Notes under the pieces: generated by a model
Databases searched by the model: none
What the model was told of the DNA's origin: nothing
The model's input: only the letters and a program-made list of their open reading frames with translations
Shown: positions 46,312 to 56,396 of the stretch, in pieces
Position numbering within the stretch: the first letter of the stretch is position 1
Layout of the letters: every line of letters starts with the position of its first letter
Made by a program: the position numbers and the translations under genes
Assembly (NCBI GenBank): GCA_017404555.1
Contig: JAFRCD010000010.1
Coordinates: forward strand, 8,416 to 72,415
Reading direction: 5' to 3'
Source of the DNA: Bacilli bacterium
GTDB taxonomy: Bacteria > Bacillota_I > Bacilli_A > RF39 > UBA660
Length of the DNA stretch: 64,000 nt

Positions 46312-47568
46312 ATGCGTAAGAAGAAAAAATTAAAACGAAAAGTAAAAGTTTTAATTCCTGTTACTATTATTCTGTTAATAGTTTTATTTGTTGTGGGCTA
46401 TTACGAGATTCATGGTGATGTTAAGAAGTTATCTCTAAAGCTAAAAGGTCCTTCTGAAATAACTCTAGAATTAGGAAAGAAATATATCGAAAAAGGAGCT
46501 AAAGCTTACTATAATAAAAAGAATATTTCTTCTACTATTAAAGTTATTGGGCATGTTAATAGTGAAAAAGTAGGGAAGTATAATATAGGGTATAAAGTAA
46601 AGTATAAAATGGTATCTAGAAAAAAGAAAAGAGTAATAAATATAGTAGATACTATTAAACCAGTAATAACTTTAGTTGAAGATGAGATTAATATTTATCA
46701 AAATAGTACTTATGAAGAACCTGGTGTTAAAGCTACAGATAATTATGATGGTGATATTAGTTCAAAGATTAAGGTAGATAATAAAATTGATATTACTAAA
46801 GTAGGTACTTATGAAGTTATTTATAAAGTAAAGGATTCTAGTGGTAATAGTGCTGAAGCTAAAAGAATAGTTAATGTTGTTTTAGATAATCCTAATCAGA
46901 AAGTAGCAGTCTTAAACTATCATTTTTTCTATGATCCTGATAAAGGAGAAGGTTGTAATGAATCTATTTGTGAAAAAGTTAGTGATTTTAGAGCTCATCT
47001 AGAGTATTTAAAAGAGAATAATTTTAAAGCTCTAACGATGAAAGAATTTAGAGATTTCATGTATGGTAAGAGAGCTATTCCTGAAAAATCAGTTTTAATA
47101 ACTATTGATGATGGTGCTTTAGGAACAGGTAAACATAATGGTAATAAGTTAATTCCTATCTTAGAAGAGTATAAGATGCATGCCACGCTATTTCTCATTA
47201 CTAGTTGGTGGGATATAGAAAACTATCGGTCTCCTTACTTAGATATTGAATCTCATACTAATGATATGCATAGAGAAAATAGATGTCGGGGAGTTACTCG
47301 TGGGGCTCAAATGTTATGCTCAAGCAATGATGAAGTTCTAAAAGACCTTCAGAAATCTATTAGTATTACTAAGTCTAAACAAGCATTTTGTTTTCCGTTT
47401 TATGCTTATAACCAAAATGCTATTGAATTAGTCAAGAAAGCAGGCTTTGAATTAGCCTTTATTGGTGGCCAAAAGAAAGCTACTAGAAATACTGATAAAT
47501 ACCACATTCCTAGATATGCTATTGTCAAAGAAGCTACTTTAGAAGACTTTAAACATTATGTTAATTAA
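46312..47568 (+). CDS. Membrane-anchored polysaccharide deacetylase (NodB/CE4) with Ig-like (DUF5011-type) repeats
   Basis: N-terminal TM segment. Two 'ATDNYDGDIS...VGTYEVIYKVKDSSGN'-type Ig-like modules. CE4 motifs 'LITIDDG' and 'ESHTNDMH'. Confidence 0.75.
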   Translation: MRKKKKLKRKVKVLIPVTIILLIVLFVVGYYEIHGDVKKLSLKLKGPSEITLELGKKYIEKGAKAYYNKKNISSTIKVIGHVNSEKVGKYNIGYKVKYKMVSRKKKRVINIVDTIKPVITLVEDEINIYQNSTYEEPGVKATDNYDGDISSKIKVDNKIDITKVGTYEVIYKVKDSSGNSAEAKRIVNVVLDNPNQKVAVLNYHFFYDPDKGEGCNESICEKVSDFRAHLEYLKENNFKALTMKEFRDFMYGKRAIPEKSVLITIDDGALGTGKHNGNKLIPILEEYKMHATLFLITSWWDIENYRSPYLDIESHTNDMHRENRCRGVTRGAQMLCSSNDEVLKDLQKSISITKSKQAFCFPFYAYNQNAIELVKKAGFELAFIGGQKKATRNTDKYHIPRYAIVKEATLEDFKHYVN

Positions 47569-47594
47569 ACTACATCTATTGATGTAGTTTTTTA
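47567..47594 (+). terminator. Rho-independent terminator
   Basis: AAACTACATC/GATGTAGTTT perfect stem followed by a T-run. Confidence 0.75.
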
Positions 47595-47665
47595 ATGGAG
47601 ATATTGACTTTTAATAACTATTTATGTATACTTAATTTATAAAAAGTGTAAGGATGTGACAATTT

Positions 47666-48928
47666 ATGGAACGAAAAATATATGATTTCTTCTTAAAGTG
47701 GAAAAATGATATTATCAGGAAGCCATTAGTTTTATATGGACCTAAACAGGTAGGAAAGACTTTTTCAACTTTAGAATTTGGTAAAAGAGAATATAAAAAT
47801 ATTGCTTATTTTGATTGCTACAACAATCCTAAAATAGTAGATCTATTTAAGAAAGAGAAAGCGCTTGATCAAATAATAGTTAAACTATCATTACTAATTA
47901 ATGAAACCATTATTAAAAATGACACACTAATGGTATTTGATAATGTTGATGATGTTGAAATAATTAAAGGTATTAAACTATTTAATGCTAATACTGAATA
48001 TCATATTATTGTAATTACTTCCAGAAGAGAGAACTTACTTAAGTTTAAAGGTGAAGAATTATTGTTTAAATCAATGACTGAATTAGATTTTGAAGAATAC
48101 TTATGGGCTCGAGAAGAGAAGAACCTAGCTAATCTAATTAGAGAGTCTTTTGATAAACATCGTAGTTGCCGTTTTCATAAACTAGCACTTGAATACTTTT
48201 ATGAGTATTTAGAAACAGGTGGTTTCCCTGAAGCTGTTTTAGCTAATGTCGAAGGTAAGAGTAAAAATGAAATAAATGTCATTAAGAAAAAGATAATGGA
48301 TACTTATAAATCAGAGTTTATCTTAAATAAGAATTTAATTGATATTCCTCGATCTTTAGAAGTGTTTGAAAGTATCCCTAGACAACTAGCTAAAGAGAAT
48401 AAGAAGTTCCAATATAGTGCTCTTGGTAAAGGAAAAAGAAAAAGTGAATATGAATCAGCTATTAAATATTTAGTAAATAACCAAATCCTTTATCGTAGTT
48501 ATAAAGTATCAACAGTTAAATCCCCTTTATCTAGTTGTAGAGAGAAGGATAGCTTCAAACTTTATTTAACTGATGCAGGATTACTTTATTCAATGCTTCA
48601 TATTACAAGAAAGGATCTCCAAAACTATTTAATTAGAGAAGCTTTATTTGAAAACTATATTGCTAAGACACTAGTTGATTTAGGTTATGTATTATATTTT
48701 TATCAATCTGAAGGAAAAGCTTTAGTAAACTTCGTTGTTCAAAACCGAGTAGGGGATATAATCCCAATAGAACTTATTACTAAGGAGAACTCTAAAGCTA
48801 AGAACCTATCAGTATTTGTTAAGAAAGTAACAGTAAAAGAAGGTTATCGAATAACTGAGAACAATTTCTCAACTAAAAAGAATATTAGATATATACCTAT
48901 TTATGCTACTTTCTGTATAGGATTCTAG
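47666..48928 (+). CDS. AAA-type ATPase with a DUF4143-like C-terminal domain (COG1373-type)
   Basis: 'KPLVLYGPKQVGKT' Walker A, 'LMVFDNVDD' Walker B-like, and overall length and N-terminal 'FLKWKND' pattern typical of this family. Confidence 0.65.
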   Translation: MERKIYDFFLKWKNDIIRKPLVLYGPKQVGKTFSTLEFGKREYKNIAYFDCYNNPKIVDLFKKEKALDQIIVKLSLLINETIIKNDTLMVFDNVDDVEIIKGIKLFNANTEYHIIVITSRRENLLKFKGEELLFKSMTELDFEEYLWAREEKNLANLIRESFDKHRSCRFHKLALEYFYEYLETGGFPEAVLANVEGKSKNEINVIKKKIMDTYKSEFILNKNLIDIPRSLEVFESIPRQLAKENKKFQYSALGKGKRKSEYESAIKYLVNNQILYRSYKVSTVKSPLSSCREKDSFKLYLTDAGLLYSMLHITRKDLQNYLIREALFENYIAKTLVDLGYVLYFYQSEGKALVNFVVQNRVGDIIPIELITKENSKAKNLSVFVKKVTVKEGYRITENNFSTKKNIRYIPIYATFCIGF

Positions 48929-48929
48929 G

Positions 48930-49475
48930 ATGCAATATAATGATATAAAGACACCTCAAGAGTTATATCTCTTTATGAAGAAAAACATAAAATATGGATT
49001 CATATCTAAAATAGATAATAAGGCCTATAAAAGGGATGAGTTAAATGATGATGAATTCTATGATTATATGATTCATCATGGCTATTATCTACAAACACCT
49101 GAAGAATTACTAAAAAGTGGTTATGGTTTATGTCTGGATCAAGTAGAATTAGAACGTGATTGGTTTGAAAGACATGGGTATAAAGTTTATACATATCATT
49201 CTAACTATCACAACCACACTTTCTTAATATATAATGAAGAAGATGCTTATTATCTGTTTGATAGATCATTTTATATATTTAATGGAATTCATAAAGCTAA
49301 TTCTTTAGAAGAGTGTTTAGACTTATACATTGGTCTTCAAAAAAATAATTTAAAGGAACCAACTAAAGAAATAGTTCTTACTCCTTATGAAAAAATAGAG
49401 TTTGGACAGGGCTTTACTGAAATAATTAAGCATTTTAAAGAAGAATTAAAAGATAAAATAGTATTTAAGTTATAA
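48930..49475 (+). CDS. Hypothetical protein, possible transglutaminase-like Cys-His-Asp fold
   Basis: Starts 1 nt after the ATPase stop. 'SGYGLCLDQVELERDWFERHGYKVYTY...NHTFLIY...YYLFD' has C..H..D spacing reminiscent of transglutaminase-like cysteine peptidases. Confidence 0.4.
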   Translation: MQYNDIKTPQELYLFMKKNIKYGFISKIDNKAYKRDELNDDEFYDYMIHHGYYLQTPEELLKSGYGLCLDQVELERDWFERHGYKVYTYHSNYHNHTFLIYNEEDAYYLFDRSFYIFNGIHKANSLEECLDLYIGLQKNNLKEPTKEIVLTPYEKIEFGQGFTEIIKHFKEELKDKIVFKL

Positions 49476-49505
49476 AAAAACAGTTTGTTTATCAAACTGT
49501 TTTTA
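49474..49505. terminator. Bidirectional terminator between convergent genes
   Basis: ACAGTTTG/CAAACTGT stem flanked by A7 and T5. Confidence 0.7.
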
Positions 49506-49895
49506 TCTTAAACTATCAATTATTTCCTGAGCTCTATCCAAATTAGCATCAATATCTTCTCTATTTTCTATTTCGTTATATTTCTCTGCATTTTGCAATA
49601 CTCTATCAAATTTTTCTAAGTTTTCCTCTCTAGTAGCTTCAGTATATATAGCTTTAAATACTAACATATCAACGAAGACCATTATAATTAAAGCTAGAAC
49701 ACTTAGTGCTAATCCAGAAATTGACATTCCCTTACTTTGATATTTACTTAAGGCAATAATACCAAATATAATAGCGACAACTCCGCCAAAGAACGATAAT
49801 ACATTAACAAAAGGTATAAATGATAGAATTAAACTGACAATTCCTAGAGTTAAAGCTACAATCGCAAAACTATTATTTTCGCTTTTCTTCTTCAT
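49503..49895 (-). CDS. DUF4190-like small membrane protein
   Basis: AAAGGAG RBS before ATG 49895. 'FAIVALTLGIVSLILSFIPFVNVLSFFGGVVAIIFGIIALSK' is a two-TM hairpin, followed by a soluble tail. Confidence 0.6.
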   Translation of the reverse strand: MKKKSENNSFAIVALTLGIVSLILSFIPFVNVLSFFGGVVAIIFGIIALSKYQSKGMSISGLALSVLALIIMVFVDMLVFKAIYTEATREENLEKFDRVLQNAEKYNEIENREDIDANLDRAQEIIDSLR

Positions 49896-49949
49896 AGTTA
49901 CTCCTTTCAACATTATTATAATATAGATTAAATTATAAGTAAAATAAGA

Positions 49950-49978
49950 TTGCCAATATAGAAAATATGTTCTATAAT
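49950..49978 (+). promoter_or_regulatory. dinB promoter TTGCCA-17-TATAAT with an embedded LexA-like (Cheo-type) box
   Basis: The spacer contains GAAAATATGTTC (49961-49972), which has one mismatch to GAAC-N4-GTTC. Confidence 0.45.
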
Positions 49979-49997
49979 TTAATTGGAGGTGTTGTTT

Positions 49998-51197
49998 ATG
50001 AAAGATAGAATTATATTTCATCTTGATGTGAATAACGCCTTTTTATCATGGAGTGCAGTTGATTTGTTAGAACATGGCTATAAGAAAGATATCAGGAAGA
50101 TACCTGCTATTATTGGTGGTGATGAAACAAGAAGAAGGGGAATAGTTTTAGCGAAATCCCCTGTAGCTAAAAAATATGGTATTAAAACAGCAGATACCAT
50201 CTATGAAGCTAAAAAGAAATGTCCGCAAATAGAATTGTATCCGCCATATTATGAGTTATATAGTAAAAAGTCACGTGAATTATTTACTTATTTAAAGAAA
50301 TATACACCTACTATTGAACAGTTCTCTGTTGATGAGGCTTTTCTAGATATGAGTGGTACTAATTTATTATATAAAGATCATGTTAAATTAGCTCATACTA
50401 TAAAAGATGATATTAAAAAAAGATTTGGTTATACAGTTAATATTGGAGTAGCTAATAATAAACTTTGTGCTAAGATGGCTAGCGATTTTGAAAAACCGGA
50501 TAAAGTACATACTCTATTTAATGATGAAATAAAAGAAAAAATGTGGCCATTACCAGTAGAAGACTTGTTTATGTGTGGAAAGAAAAGCGCCGAAAGATTA
50601 CATAGTTTAGGTATTGATACTATAGGAGATCTGGCGAAAGCTGATGTTGGGAAATTATATAAGCACTTTAAGAATCAAGCCAACTTCTTAATAGAAAGTG
50701 CTAAAGGAATTGATAATTCCAAAGTAATCCCCAGAAAAGAACGGACTATTAAAAATGAGAGTATAAGTACTAGTAGGACATTAAGTTATGATTATACAGA
50801 TATTGATAAATTAAAAGAAATACTATTTAAACAGGCTGAAAGATTAGGTAGAGAGTTAAGACAAAAGAAGAAGTATACAACTACGGTTGGTATTGTTTTA
50901 AAGAATAATTTATTTAAGAGTTATTCCCATCAAAGGAAAGTAGAGGCAACTAATAAGAATAGTGTTATCTATAAAACAGCTTGTGAACTTTTAGAACGTA
51001 ACTGGCGAGAAGATCCAATTAGATTAATTGGAATTAGGTTAGCAGACTTAACAACGAATCGTGATGTTCAATTATCTTTTGATAGTAAAGAAGAAAACAA
51101 AGAAGAAGAAATAATTCAAGATGTTATGGATAGAATCAATAATAAGTTTGGTGGTAGTAGTGTTATACCGGCTTCAATGAAGAAGAAAAAAGATTAA
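49998..51197 (+). CDS. dinB: Y-family DNA polymerase IV
   Basis: GGAGG RBS. 'IIFHLDVNNAFLSWS', 'SVDEAFLDMSG' and a 'VANNKLCAKMASD' palm/fingers pattern. Confidence 0.85.
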   Translation: MKDRIIFHLDVNNAFLSWSAVDLLEHGYKKDIRKIPAIIGGDETRRRGIVLAKSPVAKKYGIKTADTIYEAKKKCPQIELYPPYYELYSKKSRELFTYLKKYTPTIEQFSVDEAFLDMSGTNLLYKDHVKLAHTIKDDIKKRFGYTVNIGVANNKLCAKMASDFEKPDKVHTLFNDEIKEKMWPLPVEDLFMCGKKSAERLHSLGIDTIGDLAKADVGKLYKHFKNQANFLIESAKGIDNSKVIPRKERTIKNESISTSRTLSYDYTDIDKLKEILFKQAERLGRELRQKKKYTTTVGIVLKNNLFKSYSHQRKVEATNKNSVIYKTACELLERNWREDPIRLIGIRLADLTTNRDVQLSFDSKEENKEEEIIQDVMDRINNKFGGSSVIPASMKKKKD

Positions 51198-51266
51198 TAC
51201 TTTAATTAAGTGTAAAGACATATATTTAATTAAAGTTTTTTTATGAAAAAAATTTCTAAAAAACAC

Positions 51267-51296
51267 TTGCAAACGTTGTAATACTTATGTTAAAAT
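51267..51296 (+). promoter_or_regulatory. S10 operon promoter TTGCAA-18-TGtTAAAAT
   Basis: TTGCAA at 51267-51272 and an extended -10 TGTTAAAAT at 51288-51296. Confidence 0.6.
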
Positions 51297-51297
51297 A

Positions 51298-51419
51298 GTC
51301 CGTGTGTGACTGCTTAGATGTGCGAGGTTGTCGATACACTAGGATAAGTTGCTAACTAGTTATCGGGTTTTTTGCACGGAGCAAGTCTATACTAAGATAT
51401 AGGCGAAGGGAGGATTTAT
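51298..51419 (+). ncRNA. Structured 5' leader of the S10 operon with a terminator-like hairpin
   Basis: Hairpin CGATA-c-ACTAG/CTAGTTATCG (51332-51365), then GG and T6 (51368-51373). An outer helix TCCGTG (51299-51304)/CACGGA (51375-51380) encloses it. Confidence 0.5.
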
Positions 51420-51731
51420 ATGTCAAAAGAAAAGGTTCGCATTAAATTAAAAGCATATGATCATAGAATTCTTGACAATGCAGCAACAAAAATAGTTGAA
51501 ACTATCAAACGTTCAGGTGGCGAAATATCAGGGCCAGTTCCCCTACCAACTGAAATTGAAAAGTTCACAATTCTTAGAGCTGTACACAAATACAAAGATT
51601 CACGTGAACAATTTGAAATGCGTACACATAAGAGACTTATTGATATCAAAAATCCTAGTAAGGAAACGATTGATGCATTAGCTCATCTAGACTTACCTAG
51701 TGGTGTAGATATTGAAATTAAAACAAAATAA
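51420..51731 (+). CDS. rpsJ: 30S ribosomal protein S10
   Basis: '[14 protein letters not shown]...' and operon position. Confidence 0.97.
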   Translation: MSKEKVRIKLKAYDHRILDNAATKIVETIKRSGGEISGPVPLPTEIEKFTILRAVHKYKDSREQFEMRTHKRLIDIKNPSKETIDALAHLDLPSGVDIEIKTK

Positions 51732-51746
51732 TAGGAGGAAATAATA

Positions 51747-52571
51747 ATGAAAGGAATCTTAGGTAAAAAGATCGGAATGACCCAAGTATTTACTAAAGAT
51801 GGTAAATTAATTCCGGTTACTGTTATTGAAGTAGAACCTAATGTGGTTACTCAAATTAAGACAGTTGAAAAAGATGGTTATGATGCTATTCAACTTGGTA
51901 CTGATACAGTAAGAGCCAAGATAAGCAACAAGCCTAAAATGGGTCATACAAAAAAAGCAAATACTGAACCTAAGCGCTTCTTAAGAGAAATTAGAGGAGT
52001 TAATGTCAGTGATTATGAACTTGGACAAGTAATGAATGTTTCAGTATTTGAACCAGGAGAAATGGTAGATGTTACTGGAACTAGTAAAGGTAAAGGTTTC
52101 CAAGGTGTTATTAAAAGACATAACCAATCTCGTGGACCAATGGGACATGGTTCTCAATATCATAGAGGGGTAGGTTCACTTGGAACAATGCGTCCAATGC
52201 GTGTTATCCCTGGTAAGAAAATGCCTGGTCAAATGGGTAATGTTAGAAGAACAGTTCAAAATCTAGAAGTAGTAGAAGTAGATGTAGAGAACAATCTTAT
52301 TTTAATTAAGGGAAATGTACCTGGACCAAAGAAAGGTTTAGTAATAATCAAAACAGCTGTTAAAAACCCAACTAAGAAAGATGCTAACGAATTAGTTAAC
52401 TATGAAGAAGTAGTAGAACAACCAATTGAAGAAACAGTAGTTGAAGAAACTACTGAAGAAGCTGTTCAAGAAGAACCTAAAGAAGAAACTACTGAAGAAG
52501 CTCCTGCAGAAGAAAAAGAGGAACCTTCTGAAGAAACAAAAGAAGAGAAAGAGGAAACATCACAAGAATAA
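51747..52571 (+). CDS. rplC: 50S ribosomal protein L3 with a ~65-aa acidic C-terminal extension
   Basis: '[15 protein letters not shown]', '[12 protein letters not shown]'. The tail is '[32 protein letters not shown]...'. Confidence 0.95.
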   Translation: MKGILGKKIGMTQVFTKDGKLIPVTVIEVEPNVVTQIKTVEKDGYDAIQLGTDTVRAKISNKPKMGHTKKANTEPKRFLREIRGVNVSDYELGQVMNVSVFEPGEMVDVTGTSKGKGFQGVIKRHNQSRGPMGHGSQYHRGVGSLGTMRPMRVIPGKKMPGQMGNVRRTVQNLEVVEVDVENNLILIKGNVPGPKKGLVIIKTAVKNPTKKDANELVNYEEVVEQPIEETVVEETTEEAVQEEPKEETTEEAPAEEKEEPSEETKEEKEETSQE

Positions 52572-52605
52572 CTAACTGATTAAATGTGATGGAAGGAGGA
52601 TAAGT

Positions 52606-53232
52606 ATGAAAAAAGTTGATCTTTTAAATGAAAAAAATGAAAAAGTAAAAGATATTAAACTTAATGAAGATATATTTGGAATAGAACCAAATGATAAAGT
52701 CTTATACGATGCTATTATTTTAGCAAGAGCATCACTAAGACAAGGAACTCATAGTACTAAAACTCGTTCTGAAGTAAGAGGAGGAGGCCGTAAGCCTTGG
52801 AGACAAAAAGGTACTGGTCATGCTCGTCAAGGTTCAATTAGAGCAGTACAATGGGTTGGTGGTGGCCGTTATGGTACACCAGTTCCAAGAGATTATAGTA
52901 AGAAACAGAATCGTAAAGAAAGAACACTTGCTCTTAAATCTGCTTGGGCACATAAATATAACGATAAAGAATTACTAGTAATTGATAAATTATCTATTAA
53001 GACACCAAAGACTAAAGAATTTGTTTCTCTTTTAGAAACATTAAAGATAGCTGATAAGAAAGTACTAGTAATTGTAAAAGAATTTGAGGAGAACATAATT
53101 CTTGCTTCAAGAAACTTAGAAAACGTTGCTTTAATAGCTAGTGATGAAGTAAATGTATTAGATTTAGTTGCTAGTGACGTAGTTCTAATAACTGAAGAAG
53201 CATTAAAAGATGTTGAGGAGGTGCTAAAGTAA
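52606..53232 (+). CDS. rplD: 50S ribosomal protein L4
   Basis: '[33 protein letters not shown]'. Confidence 0.96.
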   Translation: MKKVDLLNEKNEKVKDIKLNEDIFGIEPNDKVLYDAIILARASLRQGTHSTKTRSEVRGGGRKPWRQKGTGHARQGSIRAVQWVGGGRYGTPVPRDYSKKQNRKERTLALKSAWAHKYNDKELLVIDKLSIKTPKTKEFVSLLETLKIADKKVLVIVKEFEENIILASRNLENVALIASDEVNVLDLVASDVVLITEEALKDVEEVLK

Positions 53233-53233
53233 A

Positions 53234-53527
53234 ATGGATACTAAATATTTAGAGATTATTAAAGCACCAATAATTACTGAAAAAACTGAAATAGCAAGAC
53301 AAAATGGAATCTATACTTTTAAAGTAGATCCTCGTGCTAATAAAACAGAAATAAAACTTGCTATTGAAAAGATCTTTGGCGTTAATGTTACTTCAATTAA
53401 AACAATGAATGCTAAGCCAAAGAAGAAAAGAGTTGGCCGTTATAGTGGAATGACTAATCATTATAAGAAAGCAGTTGTTACCCTTAAAGAAGGTCAAACT
53501 ATTGATTTAGGACTTGGAGGTGAGTAA
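53234..53527 (+). CDS. rplW: 50S ribosomal protein L23
   Basis: '[11 protein letters not shown]...[22 protein letters not shown]'. Confidence 0.95.
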   Translation: MDTKYLEIIKAPIITEKTEIARQNGIYTFKVDPRANKTEIKLAIEKIFGVNVTSIKTMNAKPKKKRVGRYSGMTNHYKKAVVTLKEGQTIDLGLGGE

Positions 53528-53529
53528 GA

Positions 53530-54360
53530 ATGGCTATAATGAATTATAAACCTACTACTCCAGGAAGAAGAGGTATGAGTACTTTAAAGAATGAGGAAAT
53601 TACTAAGAAGAGTCCTGAGAAGAATCTTGTAAAGACTGTTAAGAAAAACGGTGGAAGAAACAATCAAGGTAAAATTACTGTTCGTCATCAAGGTGGTGGC
53701 GCTAAGAGAAAATACCGTATGATTGATTTCAAGAGAGATAAGAAGAACATCCCTGGTAAAGTAGCAGGTATTGAATATGATCCAAATAGAACTGCTAATA
53801 TCGCTCTTATTAATTACTTAGATGGAGAAAAGAGATATATCTTAGCTCCACAAGAGTTAAAAGTAGGAGATATGATTGAAGCAGGAGAAAAAGTTGATAT
53901 TAAAGTTGGTAATTCACTACCTATTATGAACATTCCTGTAGGTACTGTTATCCATAATATTGAACTTAAACCTGGTAAAGGTGGAGAACTAGCACGTTCT
54001 GCTGGAGCTTCAGCTCAAATACTAGGTCGTGAAGATAAATACGTAATGATCCGTTTAGCAAGTGGTGAACAAAGAATGGTTTTAGGTACTTGCTATGCCA
54101 CTATTGGTGTAGTTGGTAATGAAGATGCCTCACTTGTTAAAGTTGGTAAAGCTGGACGTAAGCGTCATATGGGAATTCGTCCTACTGTTCGTGGTTCTGT
54201 TATGAACCCTAATGATCACCCACATGGTGGTGGTGAAGGACGTGCACCAATCGGACGTAAAGGACCAGTTACTCCTTGGGGTAAACCAGCTTTAGGATAT
54301 AAAACACGTAAGAGAAAAGCATCTGATAAGATGATTGTTCGTCGCAGAAATAGTAAATAG
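53530..54360 (+). CDS. rplB: 50S ribosomal protein L2
   Basis: '[14 protein letters not shown]'. Confidence 0.97.
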   Translation: MAIMNYKPTTPGRRGMSTLKNEEITKKSPEKNLVKTVKKNGGRNNQGKITVRHQGGGAKRKYRMIDFKRDKKNIPGKVAGIEYDPNRTANIALINYLDGEKRYILAPQELKVGDMIEAGEKVDIKVGNSLPIMNIPVGTVIHNIELKPGKGGELARSAGASAQILGREDKYVMIRLASGEQRMVLGTCYATIGVVGNEDASLVKVGKAGRKRHMGIRPTVRGSVMNPNDHPHGGGEGRAPIGRKGPVTPWGKPALGYKTRKRKASDKMIVRRRNSK

Positions 54361-54377
54361 GAAAGGAAAGAAAGAAT

Positions 54378-54644
54378 ATGTCAAGAAGTTTAAAGAAAGG
54401 ACCTTATGTATTCGATAGATTACTTAAAAAGGTCGAGGAATTAAATAAGTCAGGAAAAAAAGAAGTTATTAAGACTTGGTCTCGTCGTTCTACAATCTTT
54501 CCTCAATTTATTGGTCATACCTTTGCTGTACATAATGGTAAAGAATTCATTCCAGTGTACATTACTGAAGATATGGTTGGACATAAACTAGGTGAGTTTG
54601 CTCTAACACGTAAGTGTGGAGGACACGGCGAAAATAAAAAATAA
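54378..54644 (+). CDS. rpsS: 30S ribosomal protein S19
   Basis: '[10 protein letters not shown]...[23 protein letters not shown]'. Confidence 0.96.
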   Translation: MSRSLKKGPYVFDRLLKKVEELNKSGKKEVIKTWSRRSTIFPQFIGHTFAVHNGKEFIPVYITEDMVGHKLGEFALTRKCGGHGENKK

Positions 54645-54667
54645 AATATGACTAGGAGGATAAAGTA

Positions 54668-55003
54668 ATGAAAGAAGCGAAAGCTAGTGCTAAAGATTTA
54701 AGAACATCTCCTATTAGAACAAGACTTGTAATTGATACTATTAGAGGTAAAGATGTTGCTGAAGCACTTAACATTTTAACTAATATGAATAAGAAGTCAG
54801 CTCGACTTATTAAAAAAGTATTAGATTCTGCTATTGCTAATGCCACTAATAACTTTGGGTTAGATGCTTCAAAGTTATATGTCAAAGAAGCAACAGTAGA
54901 TGCAGGACCAGTGTTAAAGCGTCATTTCATTGATTCACGTTCACACATTGGTAGAAAAGATCACAGAACTAGTCACATAAATATAACAGTGGCTGAAAAA
55001 TAA
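54668..55003 (+). CDS. rplV: 50S ribosomal protein L22
   Basis: 'RTSPIRTRLVIDTIRGKDVAEAL' and operon position. Confidence 0.95.
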   Translation: MKEAKASAKDLRTSPIRTRLVIDTIRGKDVAEALNILTNMNKKSARLIKKVLDSAIANATNNFGLDASKLYVKEATVDAGPVLKRHFIDSRSHIGRKDHRTSHINITVAEK

Positions 55004-55019
55004 TTAAAGGAGGAAAAGC

Positions 55020-55766
55020 ATGGGACAAAAAGTTAGTCCTAATGGACTTAGAATTGGTATCAATAAAGACTGGGAAGCAAAATGGTATGCTAAAAAATCA
55101 GATTTTGCTGATGTTTTAGCTAAAGATATTAAAGTTCGTGAATATTTAGAAAAGAACTTAAAACATGCCGGTATTGCTAAAGTTGAAATTGAAAGAAATG
55201 CCAAAAGATGCGAAGTTATAATTCATTCTTCTAAACCAGGTGTTATTATTGGCCGTGGTGGAGAAGAAATTGAAAAACTAAAGAAGAAATTATCTAATCT
55301 TATTTCTGAAAAAGTAGGAATTTCCATTGTTGATATTAAGAAGGCTGATATTAATGCTCAATTAGTAGCAGATTCAATCGCTCAACAAATATCTAATCGT
55401 GCATCTTTCCGTATGGCCCAAAAGCGTGCTATTAGAAACGCTATGAAGGCTGGTGCAAAGGGAATTAAAACTAGTGTATCAGGACGTTTAAATGGTGCTG
55501 ATATGGCTCGTACTGAAGGATATACTGAAGGAACTATTCCTCTACATACATTACGTGCTGATGTTGATTATGCTACAGCTGAAGCTGATACAACATTTGG
55601 TAAGATTGGTGTAAAGGTATGGATCTATAAAGGAGAAATACTTCCTGGTAGTAAAAAGGCAGTAGAAGTTAAGGAAGGTCCTAAAAGAGAAAGAAAGAAA
55701 TTAGAGATTGCTGATACTAAAAAAGAAGAAAAAGCACCAAAAGAAGAAGCTGGAGGTGTTAAGTAA
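55020..55766 (+). CDS. rpsC: 30S ribosomal protein S3 (with a Lys/Glu-rich C-terminal tail)
   Basis: '[18 protein letters not shown]' and a KH domain '[14 protein letters not shown]'. Confidence 0.96.
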   Translation: MGQKVSPNGLRIGINKDWEAKWYAKKSDFADVLAKDIKVREYLEKNLKHAGIAKVEIERNAKRCEVIIHSSKPGVIIGRGGEEIEKLKKKLSNLISEKVGISIVDIKKADINAQLVADSIAQQISNRASFRMAQKRAIRNAMKAGAKGIKTSVSGRLNGADMARTEGYTEGTIPLHTLRADVDYATAEADTTFGKIGVKVWIYKGEILPGSKKAVEVKEGPKRERKKLEIADTKKEEKAPKEEAGGVK

Positions 55767-56197
55767 TGTTAATACCATCAAGAACAAAACATAGACGTGT
55801 GCACAGATTACCTTTTACTGGTAAATCACGTGGTAATACTGAACTTCACTTTGGTGATTATGGTATTCAAGCTAAAGAAGGTGCTTGGATTACTGCTAAC
55901 CAAATCGAAGCTGCTCGTATTGCTATGACCCGTTATATGAAGCGTGGAGGAAAAGTTTGGATTAATATTTTCCCTCACTTACCACTTACTACTAAAGGTA
56001 TTGGTGTTCGTATGGGAAAAGGTAAAGGTAGTGTTGATAAATGGGTTGCCGTTGTTAAAGAAGGAAAGATCATGTTTGAAATAGCTGGTGTTTCTGAAGA
56101 GGTAGCCAGAGAAGCCCTACGTCTAGCTGCTCATAAACTACCAGTAGCTACAAAATTTGTAAAGAAAGAAGACGGTGGTGATAAAAATGAAGGTTAA
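55766..56197 (+). CDS. rplP: 50S ribosomal protein L16
   Basis: '[11 protein letters not shown]...RMGKGKG'. TAATG overlap with rpsC. Confidence 0.96.
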   Translation: MLIPSRTKHRRVHRLPFTGKSRGNTELHFGDYGIQAKEGAWITANQIEAARIAMTRYMKRGGKVWINIFPHLPLTTKGIGVRMGKGKGSVDKWVAVVKEGKIMFEIAGVSEEVAREALRLAAHKLPVATKFVKKEDGGDKNEG

Positions 56198-56390
56198 TGA
56201 AATTAGAGAATTATCAACAGATGAAATAAATAATAAGCTAAAAGAAACTAAAGAAGAACTATTTAACTTACGTTTTAAACAAGCAACAGGAACTCTTGAT
56301 AAACCTTCACGTATTAGAGAATTAAGACACACTGTTGCAAGAATGAAAACTGTTCTTAAGGAACGTGAAAAGGACGTAAAGGAGGTATAG
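56187..56390 (+). CDS. rpmC: 50S ribosomal protein L29
   Basis: '[35 protein letters not shown]'. ATG 56187 is preferred over GTG 56175. Confidence 0.93.
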   Translation: MKVNEIRELSTDEINNKLKETKEELFNLRFKQATGTLDKPSRIRELRHTVARMKTVLKEREKDVKEV

Positions 56391-56396
56391 TGCAGG

